This document shows, piece after piece, positions 1-8,985 of a stretch of DNA of 55,793 nt (its first letter is position 1; the number at the start of each line of letters is the position of its first letter). A program made the translations under genes and the position numbers. The notes under the pieces are model-generated. The model searched no databases. It worked only from the letters and a program-made list of their open reading frames with translations, and had not been told where the DNA came from. The DNA lies in assembly GCA_018063305.1 (NCBI GenBank), contig JAGPBO010000001.1, forward strand, positions 1 through 55,793. The letters run 5' to 3'. Source of the stretch: Cyclobacteriaceae bacterium. Lineage in GTDB: Bacteria; Bacteroidota; Bacteroidia; Cytophagales; Cyclobacteriaceae.

Positions 1-104
1 TGGAAGAAGTGGGTACCGAACGGAAGGCGAAGATCAATTTTACTGATTTTGGGGAGAAGACCTTATTGCTTAGTTTTGCCAAGTTGAAAATACACGAGAA
101 TTAA
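1..104 (+). CDS. 3' end of UvrD/PcrA-family DNA helicase (partial, truncated by window)
   Basis: Frame from nt 3 reads EEVGTERKAKINFTDFGEKTLLLSFAKLKIHEN*, matching the C-terminal Tudor-like GEKxLLLxFAKL signature of PcrA/UvrD; stop at 102-104. Confidence 0.75.
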   Translation, partial: EEVGTERKAKINFTDFGEKTLLLSFAKLKIHEN

Positions 105-105
105 C

Positions 106-783
106 ATGATTGGAGAATACAATACCTCGCGTGAGGGCATTATCCTGAAGGAATACGGACGAAACGTCCAGAAATTAGTGAATTACATACGCACGGTACC
201 CGATAAGGAAAAACGCACCGAATTAGCTACTACCCTCATTGAATTGATCAAGCAACTGGCCCCGGTAGCCAAAGAAGCGCAGGAAAATCCGCAACGCATG
301 TGGGATGATCTTTACATCATGGCTGATTTCAATTTAGATGTAAACAATCCTTTTACCACTCCCGACCGCACCATTCTTTTTAAGAAGCCCCGCAAAATGG
401 AGTATCCTCAAAATGATGTTCGCTTTCGTCATTATGGAAAAAATATAGAGAAGTTGGTTAAAGAGGCCGTAAAGAAGGAAGATCCCAAAGAGCGCGAAGA
501 GGCAGCGATTTACATTGGTAAATTAATGAAAACCTTTTTCGGTGCCTGGAATAAAGAAACCCTGGATGATTCGGTGATTGTAAAAGATATCGCCACTATG
601 TCTCAAGGAAAACTTACGTTGAGTTTGGATAAAGTGCGTGAAGAAAATCTCTTTGAGAAATTGTATCGCGAGCAACGCAACAAACCGTCACGGCCAGAAG
701 GTGGGCGCAACGACAACCGAAACAGAGGAGGTCGCTCCTTTAAGAAGAATCGCCACAACCCTCATCGCAGAAGAGATCAATGA
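106..783 (+). CDS. DUF4290 family protein
   Basis: EYGRNVQK, WDDLYIM and RHYGKNIE motifs, basic C-terminal tail, usual Bacteroidota position upstream of murA. Confidence 0.8.
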   Translation: MIGEYNTSREGIILKEYGRNVQKLVNYIRTVPDKEKRTELATTLIELIKQLAPVAKEAQENPQRMWDDLYIMADFNLDVNNPFTTPDRTILFKKPRKMEYPQNDVRFRHYGKNIEKLVKEAVKKEDPKEREEAAIYIGKLMKTFFGAWNKETLDDSVIVKDIATMSQGKLTLSLDKVREENLFEKLYREQRNKPSRPEGGRNDNRNRGGRSFKKNRHNPHRRRDQ

Positions 784-2087
784 GTTCATTCAAGATCAAA
801 GGTGGTCTTCGGTTAAAAGGAGAAATCACGCCCCAAGGTGCCAAGAACGAAGCCCTTCAGGTTATCTGTGCTCCCTTGCTTACCGCAGAGCCCGTTACGA
901 TTCATAATATTCCTGACATACTGGATGTTAATAAGCTGATAGAATTAGTTGGTGACCTCGGATGTAAAGTTGAAAAGCTAGGTAAAGGCTCCTATCGATT
1001 TACAGCTACACAAATCAACACAGATTTTTTACAAACGGATACGTATCGCAAAAAAGCTTCAGCTTTACGCGGATCGGTCATGTTGCTTGGTCCTATCTTA
1101 GCCCGCTATGGTCAGGCAAGCATTCCAAAGCCCGGTGGTGATAAAATTGGACGCAGAAAATTAGACACACACTTTATAGGTTTTCAAAAATTGGGCGCTA
1201 AGTTCAAGTACGAAAGTGAGGACAATCTTTTCCACATAGATGCCACACACCTGAAGGGATGTTACATGCTTTTGGATGAAGCCTCTGTAACGGGTACTGC
1301 TAATATTGTAATGGCCGCTGTACTCGCCAAGGGCACAACAACCCTTTACAATGCTGCTTGTGAGCCGTATCTGCAGCAACTCTGCTCAATGCTTAACCGC
1401 ATGGGTGCCAAGATCAGTGGCATAGGTTCTAATTTACTAGTGATTGAAGGTGTTGAAAAATTAGGCGGAACCGATCACACGCTTTTACCCGACATGATTG
1501 AGATCGGAAGCTTTATTGGCCTTGCGGCCATGACGCAGTCGGAGATTACCATTAAGAATTGTCGTATTGATATGCTGGGAATCATCCCGGAAATTTTCAG
1601 GCGTCTGGGAATTAAGATGGAGTTTCGGGGTGATGATATTCATGTGCCTGCGCAAGACCATTATGAGATTGAAACCTTTATTGATGGCTCCATCCTTACC
1701 GTAGCGGATGCTCCGTGGCCTGGATTTACGCCTGATTTATTGAGTATCGTTTTAGTAGTTGCCACACAAGCTAAAGGCTCGGTACTTATCCATCAAAAGA
1801 TGTTTGAGAGTCGCCTCTTCTTTGTTGATAAACTTATTGATATGGGAGCACAAATTATTTTATGTGATCCACATCGTGCCAATGTTATTGGGCTCGATCG
1901 TAAGCAACCGCTTCGGGGTGTAAAAATGGCCTCGCCCGATATTCGTGCGGGAGTAGCCCTATTGATTGCTGCTCTTTCGGCTAAAGGCGAAAGTGAAATC
2001 TCAAATATTGATCAGATCGATCGCGGGTATCAGGATATTGAGAACCGATTGAAAAAGTTAGGCGCTCAGATTGAGCGAGTTAATTAG
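780..2087 (+). CDS. murA: UDP-N-acetylglucosamine 1-carboxyvinyltransferase
   Basis: GAKNEAL, PGGDKIGRR, ASVTGTAN, PWPGFTPD, DIRAG and IDRGY motifs. Confidence 0.97.
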   Translation: MSSFKIKGGLRLKGEITPQGAKNEALQVICAPLLTAEPVTIHNIPDILDVNKLIELVGDLGCKVEKLGKGSYRFTATQINTDFLQTDTYRKKASALRGSVMLLGPILARYGQASIPKPGGDKIGRRKLDTHFIGFQKLGAKFKYESEDNLFHIDATHLKGCYMLLDEASVTGTANIVMAAVLAKGTTTLYNAACEPYLQQLCSMLNRMGAKISGIGSNLLVIEGVEKLGGTDHTLLPDMIEIGSFIGLAAMTQSEITIKNCRIDMLGIIPEIFRRLGIKMEFRGDDIHVPAQDHYEIETFIDGSILTVADAPWPGFTPDLLSIVLVVATQAKGSVLIHQKMFESRLFFVDKLIDMGAQIILCDPHRANVIGLDRKQPLRGVKMASPDIRAGVALLIAALSAKGESEISNIDQIDRGYQDIENRLKKLGAQIERVN

Positions 2088-2462
2088 TTTTTTTCTAATA
2101 ATAACTCGACCGGCACACGAAGCAATTTACTCAACGGGTTCACCATTGAATAAGTCAATTTTCTGGTTCCATTAAGAATCCGAGAAACCACAGTTTTGTC
2201 CCCAACTACTGGCACTAAATCAGCTTGTTTCAATCCAAGATTATCTATTCTTAATTTAATAACTTCAATTGGACTTTCAGGAGCTGGTATTTCCCAGCCT
2301 TTGTCGCCTTTCATAATCTTCAACAATAATAGCCAGTGTTTCAAGCAATTGCCCCTCCTCACTATTCGCTGAAGGATCAGTGTCCATTAGTATGTTAATT
2401 TTATTAAGGTATTCCTGATACTGCTTTTTTGAGCGAATTGAACGAATCTCTTGTGTCTTCAT
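2084..2462 (-). pseudogene. higA: HigA-type HTH antitoxin split by a frameshift
   Basis: ORF 2277-2462 gives the N-half (QYQEYL...LETLAIIVEDYE); ORF 2084-2362 gives the C-half (IPAPESPIEVIKLR...LKQADL...VSRILNGTRKL HTH). Removing one base near 2302 in GAAAGGCGACAAAGGCTGG joins them. Confidence 0.8.
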
Positions 2463-2465
2463 ATG

Positions 2466-2624
2466 CTAATAATTTTCAACATCAATTTTATCATACTCTT
2501 TATGAGTTCCAATAAATCGAATAAATCCTACCTTCATTTTATAGGCAAACTTTACAACCAATCTAAAATTTCCACCTACGATATCAAAAACAATCCGGTT
2601 GTTTGCCACTATGAACGCATCTGA
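2466..2624 (-). pseudogene. higB: N-terminally truncated HigB toxin
   Basis: Own translation SDAFIVANNRIVFDIVGGNFRLVVKFAYKMKVGFIRFIGTHKEYDKIDVENY* is the C-terminal half of the HigB_toxin family. An in-frame TAA at 2633-2631 and the SDR gene sit where the N-half should be. Confidence 0.8.
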
Positions 2625-2626
2625 CG

Positions 2627-3412
2627 CTACTTAAGAGCATCCTTATACAATCCGGCTGCAATTTTTTCTGTTAATGCTTTGGGAACAAATCCTGTAAGTT
2701 GGGAGGAAAACCAATTGACAAAACCAGGAATAATTTCTGGCTTACCTTTCAGCATTCCGTCAATTCCGATTCGGGCCACTTCCTCCGCACGCATGCTGAA
2801 TTTATCTGCGCGTTCTTTAATTGCCTGAAGACGCGCACGATCAACAAAATTTGTTGCGGTTGCTCCCGGACTTAAACACGTTACTGATACCGAGGTGTCT
2901 CTTAACTCATAGCGCAATCCCCGCGTAAATAAAACCACAAAAGCTTTAGTCGCTGCATACACCGAAAATGTTGGTACCGCCTGGTAAGAAGCCGTGCTCG
3001 CCACATTCATCATGTGTGCTTTCGATTTTGTCTTTAGCATCGGCAAAAAGACATGGCATAGCTCTACGAGTGTATTCATATTGAGTTGCATCATATTTTT
3101 TACTTCGGCTATTTCCTGCTTTTCAAAATAGCCAAACAGACCATAGCCTGCGTTATTGATCAGGATATTGATCTCATATTTTTTTGTCGCGCACCAATTA
3201 AAAAGCTGCTCGGCAGCACCCGATACCGATAAGTCCATAGCCACATAATCACATTCAATCTGATAATGATTAACTAATAGATTTTTTAACTCCTTCAGTT
3301 TTTCTTCGGAGCGAGCCACCAAAATTAGATTGTGTTTCTTCCGGGCCAGTTCGTGAGCAAAATAATAACCGATACCACCGCTGGCACCGGTTATTAAGGC
3401 GTAGTCCTTCAT
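2627..3412 (-). CDS. Short-chain dehydrogenase/reductase (DltE/YqjQ-like)
   Basis: TGASGGIG, NNAG and catalytic YAATK. Confidence 0.92.
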   Translation of the reverse strand: MKDYALITGASGGIGYYFAHELARKKHNLILVARSEEKLKELKNLLVNHYQIECDYVAMDLSVSGAAEQLFNWCATKKYEINILINNAGYGLFGYFEKQEIAEVKNMMQLNMNTLVELCHVFLPMLKTKSKAHMMNVASTASYQAVPTFSVYAATKAFVVLFTRGLRYELRDTSVSVTCLSPGATATNFVDRARLQAIKERADKFSMRAEEVARIGIDGMLKGKPEIIPGFVNWFSSQLTGFVPKALTEKIAAGLYKDALK

Positions 3413-3415
3413 CTT

Positions 3416-4264
3416 TTATTTATTGGTAAACGACATAAAGCGCTGGTAGAATTTCGGCTTACTGTCTTGGGTTCGTTGAATCACTTTACCCGTAATAATG
3501 GGTACATACATTACCCTCCTTCGGCTGGCGGCTCCTACATAGGGTGACTGCGCCACCCGATGCCACAACCTGCCATCATGTATGGTGAGATCTCCGGGTT
3601 CTACATTTAATCCTACTTCATTTTCATCGGGCTTGTTTCCCAGATACATTTTATGAAAGAGAATTGTTTTGATACCCTTATTGTGTGTACCAGGCAGTAA
3701 GCGTAAACCACCGTTGTCGGTAGTGGAACGATCCATGTGTATCCCTACGTTAAGCATAGGCAGAATCTTCTGCCCATAGAAAACATCCCTCAGAGAATCG
3801 GTATGCCATCCTAATTGAGAATAATTGCTTTGGTCTGTATTAATATAATGATTGAATACCAGGCCATCCCTTTCATTTACTCCTATCCTACTATCCGGAG
3901 CTCCAATTAGTTCGAAGAGTGCTTCCAATCTCTTGTCTTTGAGAAGATCTGACAACAGAGGACTGTACTGATTTAAAAAGGCAAAACGCTGAACAATTTT
4001 ATGCCCATCTACATCTTTGCCATATTTTATTGGCACCCCATTTATAAACTTAAGATCAGCAGCAATCCATTCAGCCTGCACACGTTCAGACTCCTTTAAA
4101 ATTTCAGCGACCATATCGGGAGACAAGAATGGCCTGAAATGAAGAAACCCATAGGTGTCGAAGAACTTCTTTTGTTCATCGGTAATTTTTTCACCGAGGG
4201 TGAACAAAGGATAATTAAATTCCCGTGGGGTGTAATTCATACCTGTCAATTTACTATTAATCAT
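3416..4264 (-). CDS. Phytanoyl-CoA dioxygenase (PhyH) family Fe(II)/2OG oxygenase
   Basis: WHTD (HxD), NGGLRLLPGTH, GDLTIHDGRLWH and distal RR. Confidence 0.88.
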   Translation of the reverse strand: MINSKLTGMNYTPREFNYPLFTLGEKITDEQKKFFDTYGFLHFRPFLSPDMVAEILKESERVQAEWIAADLKFINGVPIKYGKDVDGHKIVQRFAFLNQYSPLLSDLLKDKRLEALFELIGAPDSRIGVNERDGLVFNHYINTDQSNYSQLGWHTDSLRDVFYGQKILPMLNVGIHMDRSTTDNGGLRLLPGTHNKGIKTILFHKMYLGNKPDENEVGLNVEPGDLTIHDGRLWHRVAQSPYVGAASRRRVMYVPIITGKVIQRTQDSKPKFYQRFMSFTNK

Positions 4265-4295
4265 GATCTATTTAGTCATTACGTAAAAATGTGTC

Positions 4296-4303
4296 CAAAG
4301 TTA
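4296..4303 (-). promoter_or_regulatory. Bacteroidota sigmaA -7 element upstream of the PhyH gene
   Basis: Minus strand reads TAACTTTG, an exact match to the TAnnTTTG consensus, about 30 nt before the start. Confidence 0.55.
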
Positions 4304-4370
4304 ATTTAAGATTACCTATAAAGTCGAATTTTTAATTATCCGGAAGACTGTTTAGCCCTTACCCTTTAAA

Positions 4371-5030
4371 TCATGGCCTGAATGGCCTTTTCTGGAATTG
4401 ATTTACCCCTTTTACGATCAAGTAGGTAATTATGGGTGCAGCCAGCACATCAACCGTATAATGTACCCGCTGCAGAATTAATAATCCCCCAACAAGTATC
4501 GTACTGGCCCACACCATTTTTTTTACCAAAGGTCGCTGCTCCACCAAGGCCAATAAAGTAAGTGTAGCCACATGTCCGGAAAAGAACAAATCTTTTGTAA
4601 ACTGACTGCCCCCATAAGCAAGGCGGTCAACAAAAGGATCCTGAAGCACGATAATACCAACCGGAGGCTCTAAGGTAAACAGATACATTGTAATGATCCG
4701 CGTAATTGTGATTACGAGATAACTGCCAAGTGCGAGGGCAATCTGATATGGTTTTTTTATAAGGCCCCATAAAACGATAAGCAACGATACGTAGATAAGA
4801 GAAAAGATGAGCACAGAGAAATCTCTCGGGGCGAACAGATTCTGAACTGGATCCTGAAGTTGCCAACCGGGCCTGGGATCGATTACGGTATGAAAATAAG
4901 TGGGTAAGTAAAATAGAATAATGAGTAACGCCACACTGGTTACTACAATCTGAACTACAAAGTTTTTATTATGAATTGCGCTATTCCATGTATGCTGACC
5001 GGACACAATTAGGGTTTTAGGATAAATCAA
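4371..5030 (-). CDS. Sphingomyelin-synthase-like (PAP2_C) membrane phosphotransferase
   Basis: Multiple TM segments; KDLFFSGHV and RVHYTVDV match the D3 (D-x3-SGHT) and D4 (HYTxDV) motifs of SMS/IPC synthases. Confidence 0.8.
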   Translation of the reverse strand: MIYPKTLIVSGQHTWNSAIHNKNFVVQIVVTSVALLIILFYLPTYFHTVIDPRPGWQLQDPVQNLFAPRDFSVLIFSLIYVSLLIVLWGLIKKPYQIALALGSYLVITITRIITMYLFTLEPPVGIIVLQDPFVDRLAYGGSQFTKDLFFSGHVATLTLLALVEQRPLVKKMVWASTILVGGLLILQRVHYTVDVLAAPIITYLIVKGVNQFQKRPFRP

Positions 5031-5796
5031 TTTTCAAGCCTACCGGACAATGATCCGAGCCATAATACTCATTATAGATCATAGCATCTTTAACATTGGG
5101 TAAGATTTTATCTGGCACCAAAAAGTGATCGATGCGCCAACCCACATTTTTTGCGCGGCCATTCGTTACAAAATTCCAATAGGAGTACTTAACTTCTTCG
5201 GGATAAAAATGACGGAACGTATCGGTGAACCCTTCGTTTACTAGTTTGTCAAATCCATCGATCTCTTGCTGGGTATATCCGGCCGACTTATTGTAGTTCG
5301 CTTTGGGATGCGTCAGGTCTATCGGTTTATGCGCTACATTAAAATCGCCACACATAATCACGGGCTTTCTTCTGTTTAGCCACAACATATATTCCCGAAA
5401 GGCATCGTTCCAGGTAGTCCGGTACTCCAAACGGGCAAGGCCTTCGCCTGAGTTTGGTGTGTAAACCGTAACGAAAAAAAATGTTGAAAACTCCGCAGTA
5501 ATTACTCTACCCTCCTGATCATGCACATCGATGCCCATGTCGTAGGTAACATCCAACGGTTCGGTTTTGCTAAGGACTGCCGTACCTGAGTACCCCTTGC
5601 GCGCCTTTGATGAATTAGCATAAATTTTATATTCCGGTAGCAATTCTAAAGCCGAGAGCGTCTCTTCCTTTGAAGCCTTAGTCTCTTGTAAGCCCATAAT
5701 GTCGGGAGCCATGGCTCGCACATTGGCAACAAACTCCTTTTTAATGATGGCCCGAATACCGTTTACGTTCCAGGAAACTAAGTGCATGGGTTTCAT
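5017..5796 (-). CDS. xth: Exodeoxyribonuclease III / AP endonuclease
   Basis: SWNVNG, LQETK, GYSG, EGR, YTPN, GDFN, GWRID and SDHCP. Confidence 0.96.
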   Translation of the reverse strand: MKPMHLVSWNVNGIRAIIKKEFVANVRAMAPDIMGLQETKASKEETLSALELLPEYKIYANSSKARKGYSGTAVLSKTEPLDVTYDMGIDVHDQEGRVITAEFSTFFFVTVYTPNSGEGLARLEYRTTWNDAFREYMLWLNRRKPVIMCGDFNVAHKPIDLTHPKANYNKSAGYTQQEIDGFDKLVNEGFTDTFRHFYPEEVKYSYWNFVTNGRAKNVGWRIDHFLVPDKILPNVKDAMIYNEYYGSDHCPVGLKIDLS

Positions 5797-5932
5797 AGTA
5801 AATAGTATTGAGTCATTAGTAGATAGTAAGAGGTATTCAGTAATCGGTAATCGGTAATCGGTAACAAGGATTGAGTAAATAGAACTCTTTAGATATACTA
5901 ACTAAAGACTACTGACTCAAGACTAAATACTA
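5796..5932. repeat. Inverted degenerate heptamer arrays
   Basis: 12 in-phase 7-mers at 5796-5879 (TAGTAAA TAGTATT GAGTCAT TAGTAGA TAGTAAG AGGTATT CAGTAAT CGGTAAT CGGTAAT CGGTAAC AAGGATT GAGTAAA), then 5 reverse-complement 7-mers at 5898-5932. Confidence 0.85.
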
Positions 5933-5935
5933 TCT

Positions 5936-7843
5936 TCAAAAGTGATATCTCACAAAAGCTTCAATGGCTTCGTACTCCGCAAGACCCAATAAGTTATACG
6001 CTTCTGCGGTAGCATGATTACGATCTTCCGCCCGTACCCAGAATTCACGTTTGTCGCTGCCCGGAAATACTGCACTGTCTTTTTGTGATTGATGTTTGAA
6101 TATGGCTCTGCGTTTGCGCATCAATTCATCCGGACTCAACGGAACAGCCATCTCAATCTGGTCGATGTCCCACTCCTGCCATGCACCGCGATATAACCAT
6201 ACAAAACAGTCTTTCATGTAATCTTTATGCTTTAGTTTATCAATGGCCTGATAAATAGCTGCGAGACAAACCCGATGCGTACCATGCGGATCGGAAAGAT
6301 CACCCGCTGCATAAATCTGGTGTGGTTTTATTTCTTCAATCAGATCAACTATAATTTGAATATCCGTTTCACTTAGTGGTTTTTTCTTTACTGTACCGGT
6401 CTCATAAAACGGCATATTTAAAAAATGCGCTTGTTTATCCGGTATGCCTGTGTAGCGACAACCTGCCTTGGCTTCTCCTCTGCGTATCAACCCTTTAATC
6501 TTCATAACCTCGGCACTGTCTACTTCACCGGGCTTCTTGTTTTTTATGTCGCTTACTATTTTCTGATAAAACTTGTCCCCATCGCTTTTGTTTAACCCAA
6601 ACGAATGGTTGAAGTCTCTCACAAAATCCGCAAAGCGAATGGCGTCATCATCAAACACGGCAATGTTACCTGAGGTCTGATACGCTACGTGCACTTCGTG
6701 CCCCTGATCCACTAATCGCATAAAGGTTCCGCCCATGGAGATCACATCATCATCGGGGTGCGGACTGAATATGATTACTCTTTTTGGAAATGGCGTGGCA
6801 CGTTCTGGCCGATTGGAATCATCGGCATTAGGTTTACCTCCCGGCCAACCGGTGATAGTATGTTGTAGGGTATTGAATATTTTTATGTTAACCTGATAAG
6901 CTGAGCCATACTCCGTAATAATATCGCCCATGCCATGTTCCATGTAGTCGTTATTCGTGAGTTTAAGTACCGGCTTTTGCAAGCGAAGACCCAGCCAAAC
7001 CACTGCCTTTTGAATAAGCTTATCCGTCCAATCACAGCTATCCACCAACCAGGGAGTTTGAACTGCGGTAAGTTTGGAAGAGGCCGCTTCATCTAAAATA
7101 ACTTGCGTATTAGGATGGTTCTGCAAAAATGTGGCCGGTATCTGATCGGTAACCGGACCTTCCACTGCTTTTTGTATGATGGGTCCTTTTCCCTCACCCC
7201 ACGCCATCATGACGATGCGTTTGGATTTAAGAATGGAACCAACACCCATGGTAATCGCTTTGCGCGGAACATTCTCATCGCCAAAGAAATCACTGGCTGC
7301 ATCAATGCGAGTAACCTGATCTAAGGTGATCATTCTTGTGGGTGACTTTTCTGAAGAGCCGGGTTCGTTAAAGCCAATATGGCCGGTGCGACCTACACCT
7401 AAAATCTGCAAATCAATTCCGCCTAATGAGCTAATCTTAGCATCATAGCTCCGGCAGTATTCTACTACTTTATCTTTAGGCAGTGTTCCGTCCGGAATAT
7501 TTATGTTTGCTTTAGGGATATCGATGCTATCAAACAAATGTTCATTCATAAAACGAACATAACTTTGCAATGCCGTAGGTGGCATCGGAAAATATTCGTC
7601 CAGATTGAACGTGATCACGTTTTTGAAACTTAAGCCTTTCTTATGAAGATTTACTAACTCGGCATAAACCCGGGTAGGCGTTGAACCCGTGGCGAGCCCC
7701 AACACGCAAGGCTTCCCTTCTGCCTGTTTTTGTCGAATCAAGTCTGCGATTTCGTTGGCAACGAAAATGGAAGCTTGCTCGGATGTTTCAAAAATTTTGG
7801 TAGGGATTTTTTCTGATACAGATAAATGACTCATAAAATTCAA
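5936..7843 (-). CDS. nagB: Glucosamine-6-phosphate deaminase fused to a PIG-L/LmbE deacetylase domain
   Basis: LGLATGSTP, FNLDEY and GHIGFNEPG in the N-half; SPHPDDD and DPHGTH PIG-L metal motifs in the C-half. Confidence 0.93.
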   Translation of the reverse strand: MNFMSHLSVSEKIPTKIFETSEQASIFVANEIADLIRQKQAEGKPCVLGLATGSTPTRVYAELVNLHKKGLSFKNVITFNLDEYFPMPPTALQSYVRFMNEHLFDSIDIPKANINIPDGTLPKDKVVEYCRSYDAKISSLGGIDLQILGVGRTGHIGFNEPGSSEKSPTRMITLDQVTRIDAASDFFGDENVPRKAITMGVGSILKSKRIVMMAWGEGKGPIIQKAVEGPVTDQIPATFLQNHPNTQVILDEAASSKLTAVQTPWLVDSCDWTDKLIQKAVVWLGLRLQKPVLKLTNNDYMEHGMGDIITEYGSAYQVNIKIFNTLQHTITGWPGGKPNADDSNRPERATPFPKRVIIFSPHPDDDVISMGGTFMRLVDQGHEVHVAYQTSGNIAVFDDDAIRFADFVRDFNHSFGLNKSDGDKFYQKIVSDIKNKKPGEVDSAEVMKIKGLIRRGEAKAGCRYTGIPDKQAHFLNMPFYETGTVKKKPLSETDIQIIVDLIEEIKPHQIYAAGDLSDPHGTHRVCLAAIYQAIDKLKHKDYMKDCFVWLYRGAWQEWDIDQIEMAVPLSPDELMRKRRAIFKHQSQKDSAVFPGSDKREFWVRAEDRNHATAEAYNLLGLAEYEAIEAFVRYHF

Positions 7844-7901
7844 TTAGGTCGATTATCCAAAAATAGGCACTGTTTAAAGATGATACCAATGATCAGCCCT
7901 T

Positions 7902-8726
7902 TTAATTTCTCAAATATTCTGTCACTGCTTTCTTTACTGATCCATGTTTGAGCAGGAGGCCGCGAGCTATTTCATAATCCGTAATACCACTATTTTCCAT
8001 CACCATTTTTACACCTCGGTCCACCAACTTATCGTTGGTTAGCTGCATGTTAACCATTTTATTATCCTCTACTCTACCCAAACGAATCATTAAAGAAGTA
8101 GAGACCATATTCAGTACTAATTTTTGTGCGGTGCCGCTCTTCATGCGTGTGCTGCCAGTTACAAACTCAGGGCCCACGACCACTTCTATCGGGAAATCTG
8201 CCAACTGACTAACCGGAGAATTTGGGTTGCATGAAATACTTCCCGTAAGGATACCCTGTTCCTTACATCCCTTTAATGCTCCCAGCACATAAGGGGTTCT
8301 TCCGCTTGCCGCGATACCGACTACCACATCTTTTTGGGTGATCGTGTGCGCTTCCAAATCCTGCCAACCTCTTTCTGGGCTATCCTCTGCAAATTCTACT
8401 GCTTGCGTAATAGCTTTATTACCCCCGGCAATAATACCAATCACCAATCCGTAAGGAACACCATAGGTCGGAGGGCATTCACTGGCATCCACCACGCCTA
8501 ACCGACCACTGGTTCCTGCGCCAATATAAAAGAGTCGGCCTCCGCTCACCATTTTGTCCAATGCGGCCAGAATAAAAGCTTCTATTTGTGGAATGGATTT
8601 TTCAACAGCGAGGGGTACTGATTTATCTTCTGCATTGATATTATTTAGCAATTCAGCCACTGACATCTTTTCCAGATGACGATATTTTGAAGGCTGTTCT
8701 GTAATCATTTGAAATTTATAATCCAT
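7902..8726 (-). CDS. murQ: N-acetylmuramic acid 6-phosphate etherase
   Basis: GAGTSGRLG.DASECPPT and GPEFVTGSTRMKSGTAQK. Confidence 0.96.
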   Translation of the reverse strand: MDYKFQMITEQPSKYRHLEKMSVAELLNNINAEDKSVPLAVEKSIPQIEAFILAALDKMVSGGRLFYIGAGTSGRLGVVDASECPPTYGVPYGLVIGIIAGGNKAITQAVEFAEDSPERGWQDLEAHTITQKDVVVGIAASGRTPYVLGALKGCKEQGILTGSISCNPNSPVSQLADFPIEVVVGPEFVTGSTRMKSGTAQKLVLNMVSTSLMIRLGRVEDNKMVNMQLTNDKLVDRGVKMVMENSGITDYEIARGLLLKHGSVKKAVTEYLRN

Positions 8727-8746
8727 GGGATAAAACTAATAAGAAA

Positions 8747-8835
8747 TTAACCATTAAGGTGGTAAAGCCTCATTAAACCATTAAGATAGTTAAGAAATGA
8801 AGAGCATGAAGTGCTCATACTCTTAATGGTAAAAA
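8747..8835. repeat. Self-complementary 8-9-mer repeat element, left copies
   Basis: ACCATTAAG ATAGTTAAG AAATGAAG AGCATGAAG ... ; perfect IR ACCATTAAGA (8777-8786) / TCTTAATGGT (8821-8830); partial copy at 8747-8767. Confidence 0.8.
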
Positions 8836-8976
8836 AAGCCCACCTATCTAAAAAAGGTTAGGACATTCGGAGTGTTGCAGGTACCTCAAGGTCTCCTGAT
8901 TAATTTCTTTACTAAGAATATTAAGACAAGTATGAAACCCTTTGTGAATGAGTTTTTCAAAGCCTTACCAGAGTAA
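8833..8976 (+). pseudogene. C-terminal remnant of a GxxExxY (PD-(D/E)XK-like) protein
   Basis: Own translation KKPTYLKKVRTFGVLQVPQGLLINFFTKNIKTSMKPFVNEFFKALPE*; TY..L..PQGLLINF...FVNE.F..LP resembles the C-terminus of Bacteroidota GxxExxY proteins; no N-terminal part is present. Confidence 0.65.
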
Positions 8977-8985
8977 CAAGAAATT

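Noticed and set aside
2295-2315. Programmed frameshift in higA
   Set aside because: No slippery heptamer is visible and the partner toxin is truncated, so decay or a sequencing error is simpler.
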